A stretch of 63,213 bases of DNA, counting the filler, from Octopus bimaculoides (lineage: Eukaryota), in the NCBI RefSeq assembly GCF_001194135.2. It is 7 parts of 6 records of this genome, joined end to end, with 100 filler letters (N's around TTAATTAATTAA, not from the genome) between each part and the next. Parts side by side here need not be neighbours in the genome. Positions count along the whole stretch, not along the records: positions 16,145 to 20,905 come from NC_068991.1; positions 21,006 to 26,933 come from NC_068983.1; positions 27,034 to 39,374 come from NC_068985.1; 4 more parts are not named here. One strand, 5' to 3'. Numbering within the stretch: position 1 is the stretch's first letter; each line of letters starts with the position of its first letter. The notes below the pieces were generated by a model, which saw only the letters and a list, made by a program, of their open reading frames with translations, ran no database searches and had not been told where the DNA came from. The position numbers and the translations under genes are program-made. This document shows, piece after piece, positions 20,695-31,862 of this stretch.

Positions 20695-20835
20695 TGGTTG
20701 TGGCTGTGCGGTAAGAAGTTTACTTCCTGACCCACTGCGTGGTGTGGCACCTCGGGCAAGTGTCTTTTGCTATAGCTTTAGGTTAACCAAAGCCTTGTGA
20801 ATGGATTTGATAAAGGGAAACTGAAAGAAACCTAT
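20695..20835 (+). mobile_element. CORE-SINE head fragment, CpG-decayed
   Basis: GGCTGTGCGGTAAG...GGCACCTCGGGCAAGTGTCTT...GGAAACTGAAAGAA. Confidence 0.65.
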
Positions 20836-21098
20836 CATATATATATATATGTGTGTGTGTGTGTGCATGTGTGCGTGTATATATATATATATATATATAT
20901 ATAAANNNNNNNNNNNNNNNNNNNNNNNNNNNNNNNNNNNNNNNNNNNNTTAATTAATTAANNNNNNNNNNNNNNNNNNNNNNNNNNNNNNNNNNNNNNN
21001 NNNNNTTTTTTTCTCTTCCTTCCCCCTCCTAAAAAGAAAAGCTCTACATTGTATTCGTCCCATCTTTGTTGAGCCCTGTGTGGCTAATAAAAGAAATG

Positions 21099-21163
<65 letters not shown>

Positions 21164-21526
21164 GTCTGTCTGTCTGTCTGTTCCAAATGACAAAAGGGGA
21201 TAAAATCAAGAATTTATAACTCTCCAAATCTGACATACCACTACGGAAAATAAGAGGATAGCTGCCGGCATGTGTTTCTTCCCCAGCAGGCGTCCACAGC
21301 ATAGCAATTATCCTACTTTACCTTCAGCGAGCAGAACACTTAAATATATTCAAAAAAGAGCTGAAAATATTTATCGCCAAGACAATTTGTATATAAGAAA
21401 CAAGAGCCAAGAGAAATAAAACAAACTGGCTTGTAGCACAGTTCTATATTCAAGAGATGAGGAATTATGTACATTATTTACATTATTTACATTTGACGGA
21501 TATTTGTCCTCTTCTTGTTTGATGTT

Positions 21527-21572
21527 AACACAACGTTTCGGCTGATATACCTTCCAGCCTTCATCGGGTGTC
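21527..21572 (-). ncRNA. Minimal type I hammerhead ribozyme motif (core U4>C)
   Basis: Minus strand: GACAC-CCGATGA-A-GGCTGG-AAGGTATA-TCAGCC-GAAAC-GT-T-GTGTT. Palindromic stem III AACGTT; stem I GACAC/GTGTT. Confidence 0.65.
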
Positions 21573-21620
21573 TTGGGGAAATTTCGAACCTGGGTTCTCA
21601 TTCCTAAGGTATTTTTTGAT

Positions 21621-21680
<60 letters not shown>

Positions 21681-22173
21681 TATGGCGTGGAGGTTAAGAG
21701 CGTGGGCTACTAATCCTAAGATTACGAGTTCGATTCCAGGCAGTGATCTGAATAATGATAATAATAATAATAACAATAATAATAATAATAATTAATTCGT
21801 TTTATTGGCCACAAGGTCTAATATAAATTAAAAACATATAAGGACAAAGACAAGACGAAGGTTACAAAAGGTTTTGTCCGAAAAGGTAGGAAAGTTCGTC
21901 TAAACAGAGGAAGAAAACGGAGAAAGATATAATAAATAAATAGATAAATAAATAAGTAGAACTCCCAAAGGGGGAGGCGCTTCGAAAAAGGAAAGGTTAC
22001 ACGTGGAAAATCTCATAAAACCACGGGAGCCTGGTCAGAAAAAATAAGAAAGGGGTATAGAGCCCTTTCTCCTTTTACATTACCTTTTTTTTCCCTTTAA
22101 TAATAATAATAATAATAATAACAACATCGAAAAATACCTTAAGAATGGGAATCCTGGTTCGAAATTTCCCCAA

Positions 22174-22217
22174 GACACCTGATGAAGGCTGGAGGGTATA
22201 CCAGCCGAAACGTGTTA
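22174..22217 (+). ncRNA. Minimal type I hammerhead ribozyme motif (degenerate downstream of GAAAC)
   Basis: GACAC-CTGATGA-A-GGCTGG-AGGGTATA-CCAGCC-GAAAC-GTGTT. Stem II GGCTGG/CCAGCC. Confidence 0.65.
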
Positions 22218-22923
22218 ACAACAAGCAAGATGAGGACAAATATCCATCAAATGTAAATAATGGCTTGTAGCATGTATTTGTACAACAAAGACAATATGAC
22301 ATAAATTCTTAATTTATTGAAACTATTTTCGTTTCCAGACAGACAGACTAATCGCTTGGCGGCAATTCGTACCAACTCCAAGTGAGACGAGGAGATAATA
22401 TTAAGAAACAAACGCGCGCAGTTTATATACCGATATAAATTAATACATGTAAAGCTAAAAAGCGACACCTGGAATCAACCATGTTAATATTAATACATTG
22501 TGTATTCTATATCTTCTCCGGAGATGATCATGTTTCTAGCTGTCAGTCGTTCATAGAAATATATATAGAAACGTGATACGTTATCAGCGAAACAGCAGAG
22601 AGAGTTACGTGAGAATTTGACTGCTTTTATACACGGTTTTCGCGCCTTTCCTCACTTATGAATGTTGAATAATGACCGAAAGAGTACAATCGCGAATATA
22701 AGGCGTGAAAACGAGGTTCCTGTTAAGGGTCTCTAGAATAACGATACTCAACAAATTACGTAAATCACAGAGTCTCTCTAGATGGAGCCGCTACTTCTTA
22801 TTTAGAGGTCATAGCTCTGGTACTACAGACATGTAATTAGAATGTTGTAGGAAAGGATGACAAGGCGGATTCTTCAAGCAGGAGACCTAGAAGGAGACCA
22901 AGGACGAGATGATTCAATAATAT

Positions 22924-23127
22924 GAGCTGGCAGAAACGTTAGCACGCCGGGCGAAACGCTTAGCGGTATTTCGTCTGTCTTATGTTCTGAGTTCAAATTC
23001 CGCCGAGGTCGACTTTGCCTTTTATCCTTTCGGGGTCGATAAATTAAGTACCAGTTGCGTACAGGGGTCGATCTAATCGACTGGTCCCTTCCCCCCAAAT
23101 TTCAGGCCTTGTGCCTTGAGTAAAAAA
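22924..23127 (+). mobile_element. tRNA-derived SINE, family M
   Basis: GAGCTGGCAGAAACGTTAGC...GAGTTCAAATTCC (B box)...GTCGACTTTGCCTTT..ATCCTTTCGGGGTCGATAAATTAAGTACCAG. The central domain resembles the Meta/Sauria-type SINE domain from memory. At least 9 copies in the window. Confidence 0.75.
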
Positions 23128-23504
23128 AANNNNNNNNNNNNNNNNNNNNNNNNNNNNNNNNNNNNNNNNNNNNNNNNNNNNNNNNNNNNNNNNNNNNNNN
23201 NNNNNNNNNNNNNNNNNNNNNNNNNNNNNNNNNNNNNNNNNNNNNNNNNNNNNNNNNNNNNNNNNNNNNNNNNNNNNNNNNNNNNNNNNNNNNNNNNNNN
23301 NNNNNNNNNNNNNNNNNNNNNNNNNNNNNNNNNNNNNNNNNNNNNAAAAAAAAAAAAAAAAAAATCTATAGTCTCGGTTAGTAACACTTAGGAATCCATT
23401 AGGCAAGTGTAATGACGGTTGTTTCTGATAGGACCCTATGGAGGGGAAGCCTCCCTGAAGATTCTACCCACCTCTCACCACGAACCTCCCAGATATAATG
23501 AGTA

Positions 23505-23742
23505 GTAAAGTTCCTTCCCTGGACATATAGACTCATAAGGGCCGGTTTCCCGATTTCCGTGGCGTATAAATTCGCCACCTGGACGAGACGCCAGTCCATC
23601 GCAGCAGTACTCATTTTTGCCAGCTGAGTGGATTGGAGCAACATGAAATGAAGTGTTTTGCTCAAGAACACAACGCGTCGCCCGGTCCAGGAATCGAAAT
23701 CACAATCTTACGATCATTGGGCTAACTTCCTAACCACTAAGC
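23505..23742 (-). mobile_element. tRNA-derived SINE with V-SINE-like domain
   Basis: Minus strand: GCTTAGTGGTTAGG...GATTTCGATTCCTGGACCGGGCG...TGCGATGGACTGGCGTCTCGTCCAGG. Confidence 0.55.
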
Positions 23743-24021
23743 GTCTCCATTAGATATAGTGAGTGGAGAAAATGGATAGATATATATTCATGACGAGGTC
23801 GAAATTGTTGATGCACGGAAACATCTGAAGCATTAAGAACGCCGAAACGTTTTATTTGCTTTTCAAAAGACTTTACAAGAATTCTGGTGTCCCTAAAACT
23901 AACATTAAAAATAAATGCAAAGGAAGAATAATTGTAGGAATAAATACCAATTTTTAATCTCTTACTTGTTTCCGTCATTAGACTACGGACATGCTGGAGC
24001 ATCGTCTTAAAGGGTTTAGTC

Positions 24022-24514
24022 CAGGGGTGGGGAAACCCCTGTGAGCCCGTTTATTGTGCTCGCAGACTGATATACTCATATGTACAAAATATTGTAAATT
24101 TTTCAATCAGAATTTATACAATATTCGTATGCCTATTTGTGATATAGGTCACGTTTCCACTGCGACTTAGAATGGTCAGAAATAGTCCGGTAATTGCCAT
24201 TTGAATGGAATTTTGTTTTCACTATAAAACATATTGCTAGGTTTGTACCACCCCCTTGAGACCCAACTACACTCTAGCTGAAAAATATAGAATATTTCGT
24301 AAGTAATATAAACGTCCTAAATTCAGTGGCAGCATTAATGAAGATGTTACGCATTAATTTAATGTGTTAAAATTATCTTTATTAATGCATCTCGAATTAT
24401 GCATAGGTATATACAAGATTTACACAGATAAAAGATTCAGAACCTGTGATGCGCCAGCGGACCGTTTTCTTAGGAAATTTTTGCTCGCCGCATTAAAAAG
24501 TTTCCCCAACCCTG
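24022..24514. mobile_element. hAT MITE nested in a CORE-SINE tail (SINE about 23960-24603)
   Basis: TIRs CAGGGGTGGGGAAAC / GTTTCCCCAACCCTG. Perfect 8-bp TSD GTTTAGTC at 24014-24021 and 24515-24522. SINE sequence resumes after the TSD. Confidence 0.9.
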
Positions 24515-24843
24515 GTTTAGTCGAACCTCAGTACTAATTTTTTAAGTCTGGTACTTATTCTTCTTGTATCTTTTACTGAACCGCTAAGTCATGAGGACGT
24601 AAANNNNNNNNNNNNNNNNNNNNNNNNNNNNNNNNNNNNNNNNNNNNNNNNNNNNNNNNNNNNNNNNNNNNNNNNNNNNNNNNNNNNNNNNNNNNNNNNN
24701 NNNNNNNNNNNNNNNNNNNNNNNNNNNNNNNNNNNNNNNNNNNNNNNNNNNNNNNNNNNNNNNNNNNNNNNNNNNNNNNNNNTTCAAAACGAGTTTGTTA
24801 ACCACAAAGCCATTCCTGCGCCACCTAAAAAGAAATATTGTTG

Positions 24844-25065
24844 TTATAATTACCAGATATTTATTCATATAATTACAATAACAGCTCATATCTGTAATTT
24901 AATTTGAAATTCCATTTCTAATGTTAGCTTCTGTGATTCGAACAATATTGTAAGTTTATAATTGCCAAATATTTATTCATATAATTACTATAACAGCTTA
25001 TATCAGTAATTTAATTTGAAATTCCGTTTCTGACCTTAGCTTCTGTGATTCGAGCAATATTGTGT
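24844..25065. repeat. Tandem duplication, 2 x 112 bp
   Basis: TTATAATT(A/G)CCA(G/A)ATATTTATTCATATAATTAC...GCTTCTGTGATTCGA(A/G)CAATATTGT starts at 24844 and at 24956. Confidence 0.9.
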
Positions 25066-25784
25066 GTTATTTTGCGAAACAAATTGACTGTATCTGTATT
25101 CTTAATATTTCAACCGTTTCGGTTGATATTTTTAATATCCTCACTGATTTGGATATATCGATGCGAGGAAAGGATGTGAACAATATTTATGACAAAAGAA
25201 AGTTTGTTACATGTATGAGATTTTCAACATAGTTATTCCATCTTGAAAACAGAAATCAAGCAAACGTTCCAGTCTTTGTCGATATCCTAAGTGGAGGAGC
25301 TAAAACGTTACGTGTAGAACTTTTCAAGAAGCGAAGAACCAGATGAAAATTCTAAGTGCCAATTGCGAGGAATACTTCTTAGTTATTGGATTAGAATAGA
25401 AATTGTATAGATTCAAAATTCTTTCTTGTTTGGTGTATCTGCGATGAATAGCAACGGTATAACAGAGAATGAGTTGATTAAGTTTCCAAGAATAAAAAAA
25501 AAGAAAGAACGAAAGAATGCTTATTTCGAAACGACTATCCTGGATATTGAATAATTTTTGTTTGAGTAGATCGAAGATTAATTAAGCTTGATTATAAGGC
25601 CAAAGGAGGGATCTGGTTCCTTTCACAACTACGTATCGATCTGAATTAAGATTCTCAGCATTAATGAATTTGGAATCAGAGCGAAAAATCGAGTTGATAT
25701 CTCGGATAACATTCAAGTAACTTTGTCAGTAATTCAACATTTTTTTAATTAGTAAGAATCGGTGCTATGATATTGGATTCAAAT

Positions 25785-25990
25785 TTTGGCACAAGGCCAG
25801 CGGGTAGCGGGTAAGTCGATTACATCGATCCTAGTATTCAGCTGGTACTTATTTTATCGACCCAGAAAGGATGAACGAAATTTAATGAACGGAAATTCCT
25901 CGACGGGATTTGAACTCAGAACGTAAAAACAGATGAAACGCTGCTAAGCATTTTGCCCAGCACGGTAACGATTCTGCCAGCTCACCGCCA
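25785..25990 (-). mobile_element. SINE family M, diverged
   Basis: Reverse complement of the 22924-23127 type. Confidence 0.7.
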
Positions 25991-26039
25991 TAGTCTGTGT
26001 TATGATATTGATAGCATCTAAAAGAAGATACTACTTCTT

Positions 26040-26350
26040 CATTCACCTTTGGTGAATGTAGCTTTGACCAGGAGGAATTCATGTCACTAGATAGTATCCA
26101 ACGATCATTGGGCGTTTCGACCCTGAACCGTAGCACCCTCCCGTTGATGGGTCAGCAGTGGTGGCCAAATCACTACTCATTATCTTCTGGTTTTCTTCTC
26201 TCTTGCTCCACCACCAGCAAGAAAGCTTTTTCTGTTGCCACTTCCATCTTGCGCGCGGTTACATTTCGCTTTTCCTCTCTTCTTCCAATAACTAAGCGTT
26301 CTCCATACTGACTAGGCAGAGCATCCCTTGCAACCAATCTATTGACTGCC
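26040..26350 (-). mobile_element. HERO-like RLE LINE 3' end
   Basis: Frameshifted translation DCRKKGW...KMEVATEKA(S)CWWWSKRE, followed by a 3'UTR containing GGGTCGAAACGCCCAATGA. Confidence 0.45.
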
Positions 26351-27450
26351 ATCCCTTCTTCCTACAATCCTGAAAAAAAGGGCTCTCGTACTTGGCATGC
26401 TTTCATTCAAAGGCCTGATCGCACCTAGTTTTTCACGGGGCTTTAAGCTCGATCAGGATTATTTTCTTTGCCTTTTCAGACCACAAAACCACATCTGGCC
26501 TCGGCGTTGTCTAGACGTCAAGATGCATATACACAAAAAAAATGTACAAGACATTTTTTTTTTCGTAATGAAACTAATGGGTAAACAGTAAATGTACCGA
26601 TTCAATAATCTATAACATATGAATCATAGTCATATTGTAATATAATTTTTTGCTAGCGTGTATATGTCATTTGTCGGTTTTTCTATAAATACATACAACA
26701 AAATCCTCATGACTGTATTATTATATGTTCTGTACCTGGTTACACTTATGTAAAGTAAAACCAATGTATTTGCGTCTTTTGAAATGATACCGGCATCTAA
26801 TTGCATTGAAGATGATCATTTTGACAATCTGATGAAGGGCTTCTTAGAACATATGGAACAATCATTTAGGTGGTAGGGTCTAGAATTGGGTAAAAGGGGT
26901 CTAGAATCATAAAAAGAGAAAAACAAAAAATACNNNNNNNNNNNNNNNNNNNNNNNNNNNNNNNNNNNNNNNNNNNNTTAATTAATTAANNNNNNNNNNN
27001 NNNNNNNNNNNNNNNNNNNNNNNNNNNNNNNNNTATATATATAAAGTATAAATATTACATTTCTAAATCTCTCAGTGATGTTATCTCTGGCATGTTATCA
27101 ACTTAATGTGACAGTCCCATGAAAGGGAAGAATGCTACTGCTATTTAACTCTAGGAAACACCGTTTCCTGTTGGCCTTGATACATTTCTTGTGTCCTTAT
27201 ATTTTCAAAAGGGAGATAAGCCCTTGCACCCAACAAAGCCAGCATCCAGGGACTAGTTTCAGAGTCATTGCTCATCATCAGTCTCGAGTAGCATGAGTTG
27301 GTAACTGTTGATGCCTATTCGCCTTTGAAAACATGTATATTTCAAGTGAAATATACATACATAGACACGCGCATCTACGCACACCTGTGTGTGAGTAAAA
27401 CATTTTTGTGTGTCAATGTATGTTATGCAAAATATTATATTGTATTTATT

Positions 27451-27502
<52 letters not shown>

Positions 27503-27879
27503 CATGTATGTATTCATATATATATTCGCTCGGCACTAACATATATATNNNNNNNNNNACTTTCCATATGAAAACCCGCCAATTATCAAATCTCGCAATA
27601 TCATTAACGAATCACAAATTATCAAGAATTGAAGAAACTATAATAATTTGAGACAATGATAAAATTCTTAGCAGAAAATAAAATAAATTAAGTACGTAAC
27701 TGAACAGGGAGGCATTCATTGTGGGACGTGTGCAATCAACAGGACAAAGTTTCCCATGTTTCAAGAATCGAAAGGAATTACAGATTAAGGCAAATATGAA
27801 GTACAGTAAAATCTATGTACTGCATCTCCTGCCTACCTTGAGAGTAGAAGTTTTTGATGATTTTTTTGATGAGTGTCAG

Positions 27880-28020
27880 AGACGGTTGTGGTGAAAGTGT
27901 ACAGCAGGGTTCGCCACCATCCCCTGCCGGAGCCACGTGGAACTTCAGGTGTTTTCGCTCAATAAAGACTCACAACGCCCGGTCTGGGAATCGAAACCGT
28001 GATCCTACGACCGCGTGAGG
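27880..28020 (-). mobile_element. tRNA-derived SINE, family R, fragment
   Basis: Matches 47270-47400 and 57085-57245. Confidence 0.75.
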
Positions 28021-28062
28021 CTATTGCGCCTCTATACACACACACACACACGCACACACACA

Positions 28063-28107
<45 letters not shown>

Positions 28108-28304
28108 GCATACCTCCCTATTTATGCATGAATGCATTTGCACGTACACACACACATGCACACACAATCACAGAGACACACAGACACTCAGAGACAGATA
28201 AATATGAAGTAGTCCTTCTGTTGCTTACATTAGAGGAGAACATTACAAAATAAGCCAACTAGTTTGTGTATACAAGGGGATGATGACGGGTGTCTTCTGA
28301 GTTC

Positions 28305-28444
28305 TTTCACTGGGCTTAGAAAAATGAAGGACCGCTGCAATAAGTGTGTGAATCTGCGGGAGGAAGATATTAATTAAAATCATAATTAACCGATTCTCCT
28401 CAATTTTCTTTTACCCAAAGCTAGGACATTTTCAGCACCCAACG
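28305..28444 (+). mobile_element. Mariner transposon 3' end with TIR
   Basis: Translates FFTGLRKMKDRCNKCVNLREEDIN* (mariner C-terminus pattern). Terminal AAAGCTAGGACATTTTCAGCACCCAACG|TA. Confidence 0.55.
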
Positions 28445-30213
28445 TATTTAAAAAGATGCTAAAAGTTCACATAGACATTTGATGCGTTTTGAATTACTTA
28501 TTGCTGAAAACATTGAAACATTGAAGTTGCGTCGCTATATGTCAGGTTTACCGCGGAAGAGATTCCGCCATGCAAATTTCATTTCCTTTTTAATGCAATG
28601 ACGACTGTTTTACATGGTGTGAATGGCCGCTGTGTGAATACTTTTAGCTGGGACTTTATTTTCTCCTTAACGATAAGATACTGACGCCATTAGTTTAAAG
28701 TTTCAGTGTGGGATTTTCAATGAACGTTAAAAATAAATGCAGCGTACATAAACAGAATCTTTTTCAAAATTGTTTTACAACAAAATAAATAGAATCTGAC
28801 ATACAAAATATGATTCACTACTTCACTATTCAAATGTATCTTGGGATAAATAATATATATATGATTAACAAGTATAAAATATAAATGATTAACAAGTATA
28901 TAACAGATCATAGAAAGAGTATATAACAAGTATATAAAATATAGAAGCATTAACAAGTTTATAATGACTCCGCGATGTTCGATATATGTCCCTTGCTGAA
29001 GTATATTCTAGAATGATGAATGGTCGTTGTATTTAATGTTATTATTATTATTTTTTTATTCACGGCAACAAGTATGGGCTAGAATGTATGAGCGCCAACT
29101 CTTATCAGTTGCAGAGAATGACCTGATGAGACTCACTCAGAATATACCAATATATACCGATATAAAACAGACCAGATATCATTCCCCTGCTGAAGGCGTG
29201 GAAAGAATGGACCTGCATCGACATAGCCAGGCCTGCTGATGAAGAAGAACAACAAACTGTTGTTCGAGTGTTATATTAAGAGAAAACCAAAAGAAACTGT
29301 TGGAAAAGATTATTAGAGCTCTGGAAAAAATATTATAAGTATAAAGGACAAAATATGGTTAGAGAAAATGGAAAAAGAGGAGAGAATAATAGAAGTGAGA
29401 AAGGAACTGCAAGGAACGACTGGTCCAGAAGAAATACACGTACAACAGACTTGAAAAAGCTGCGACATGGAGAGAGGTCATCAACAATATACAGAAGACA
29501 TTAGTCTACCTCCAAGTAGAAAGGCACCAGAAGAAATTAACCCAGAACTAGATACGCTCCGCGACAGTATTCTGGAATTAATGTTAGCTGAGGAAAGGAA
29601 AAGGTTACCATTTTTGTAATCATGTGATAAATTGAAGTAAATATGCCCTTTTGTTATCACTGATTACTAAAACAAATATCCACTGCCATTGTTTTTGTAT
29701 TATATGTATATGAATATGTAAATATTCAGAAACACACACACACAAACATACATGAGTATGAATGCACCCATGTATATAAATGAATCCATTTTATGGATGT
29801 GGTAATGTACACGTGAATATCCCGTATTTTGAACCTGGATACATGAGAATATTTGGGTTTGTTGGTACAGCGAACAAAACGATGAGAAAATGAATGTATG
29901 AGGGCTTTTCTAACATTATTTGCAGTCAATTGAATATCCCAGACTTTCAGTGTGTTTACGTATATTTTTGCCTACTTAGTGTCATGTTGCATTTCCTACG
30001 CGAAGGAACTTGAATAAACAAAGTGAAATTAATAGTACCTATTGTAGGACGTTCACCGACTAATATTAATGGTAATAACGATGATGTAAATAAGAACAAT
30101 ATCAACAATGATAATAAAAGTACTAATAATATCAACGATAAGAAAACTGACATACAAAAAATATATACACACATACGAATATTCGTTGATACGTCTGTGC
30201 AAAGATATATGTA

Positions 30214-31103
30214 CAGGGTGCGATGCGTAAATTGTCGCCATTTTATATTTTTTAATTCTCGCATGCGCATTGTGTCTTTTTGATTTTGTTGACTACACAG
30301 TATAGTAGGTTCTGTGGGCACCGTCTGTGAGAAAAAAACAACACTATGACGCAATTCATTCTGCCAGAAATTTGGAAACGACATGGTGTATTGTTTGGCA
30401 TTCACGCCGGAATTTCCAATACAAACATTTCAGAGTATTTGGGTGTCAATCTGAGGACAGTGTCATCTAAGGACATGTACCGAGACTCATAAAAATCAAA
30501 CATCCAGTCAACGTCATGGTGTTTGGAGTGATCACTAGTGGTGGTGATGTTATGCTTCCATTCATCTTCCCCACGGCCTCAGACTAAATTCGGAGGCCTA
30601 CATCAAGTGCCTGGAGGAACGAATGCTGCCCCGGATAAAGAGGATGGTTGCTGGAAGACCTTATGTCTGGCAACAGGAATCTGCACCATGCGACACAAGC
30701 AGGAGAATTTGGTCATGGCTATCAGAAAATTTCTGCGATTACATCACACCTAAATTCTGGTGATCAAACTTCCCAGATTGCAAACCCCCTTGAATATTAT
30801 GTCTAGGGCGCAGTTGAGCGAGAGACCAACAAAATTCCTTGAAACACCAAAGACGAACTGAAGGCAAGAATTATGGCAGCGTTCACAAACGTAAACAAGG
30901 AGACCGTCCAGAAGAGTCGCAGGAGGCTCCGAAGTCGTCTGGAAGACGTGTTCGAAGCCCATGGCGATTTTATTGAATAAATTTACTGTTTAGTATTTCA
31001 AGATATTTTTATGGAATTTTCCTAAATATATCTGTTAAATTGAGATGTCAGCGTTCTTTTCAATTTTGCCTAATTTAGAAGACAATTTATTCACCGCACC
31101 CTG
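30214..31103 (+). mobile_element. Tc1/mariner DD37D (maT) transposon, internally deleted
   Basis: TA|CAGGGTGCGATGCGTAAATTGTC ... GACAATTTATTCACCGCACCCTG|TA. Transposase remnant KHPVNVMVFGVIT...VWQQESAPC-(37 aa)-PDCKPLEYYV. Confidence 0.88.
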
Positions 31104-31149
31104 TATAGGATGTATGCATACATATATATTTTGTGTGGATACACACGCA

Positions 31150-31209
<60 letters not shown>

Positions 31210-31482
31210 NNNNNNNNNNNNNNNNNNNNNNNNNNNNNNNNNNNNNNNNNNNNNNNNNNNNNNNNNNNNNNNNNNNNNNNNNNNNNNNNNNNNNNNNNNN
31301 NNNNNNNNNNNNNNNNNNNNNNNNNNNNNNNNNNNNNNNNNNNNNNNNNNNNNNNNNNNNNNNNNNNNNNNNNNNNNNNNNNNNNNNNNNNNNNNNNNNN
31401 NNNNNTATATATATATATATATATACGTATATATATATATATATATACGTATATATAAGTATACATATATATACATACACAT

Positions 31483-31520
<38 letters not shown>

Positions 31521-31787
31521 CTCTGTGAATGCGTGTTTGAGGTTGTATGTATTTCTGTTTCTGTAATATAGGATCTCAGACAGAGTTTCCGACCATGCGT
31601 TTTCGATCAAGTAAATTAACAGGCATATCTAATTAGCGCGTAAGTGGCTTAACATTTTACTGACACGTGTTGAATCTGCATGTGTGTACGTATGTACGCA
31701 CGTATGTATGGATGCATGTATGTATGTATGTGTATGTATGTATGTATGCGTATGTATGTATGTATGTGTGTATGTTCATACACATAC

Positions 31788-31862
<75 letters not shown>

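Larger units (their letters stand above)
21439..22260. mobile_element. Penelope-type composite insertion with inverted terminal copies, hammerhead motifs and a tRNA-like head
   Basis: 12-bp TSD TGGCTTGTAGCA at 21427-21438 and 22261-22272. About 21485-21625 is the reverse complement of about 22120-22260. CTGATGA-stem-GAAAC core present. Confidence 0.75.

Noticed and set aside
29050-29620. Purine-rich, coding-like stretch, possibly an old LINE
   Set aside because: Too decayed to assign: multiple stops and no diagnostic motif.
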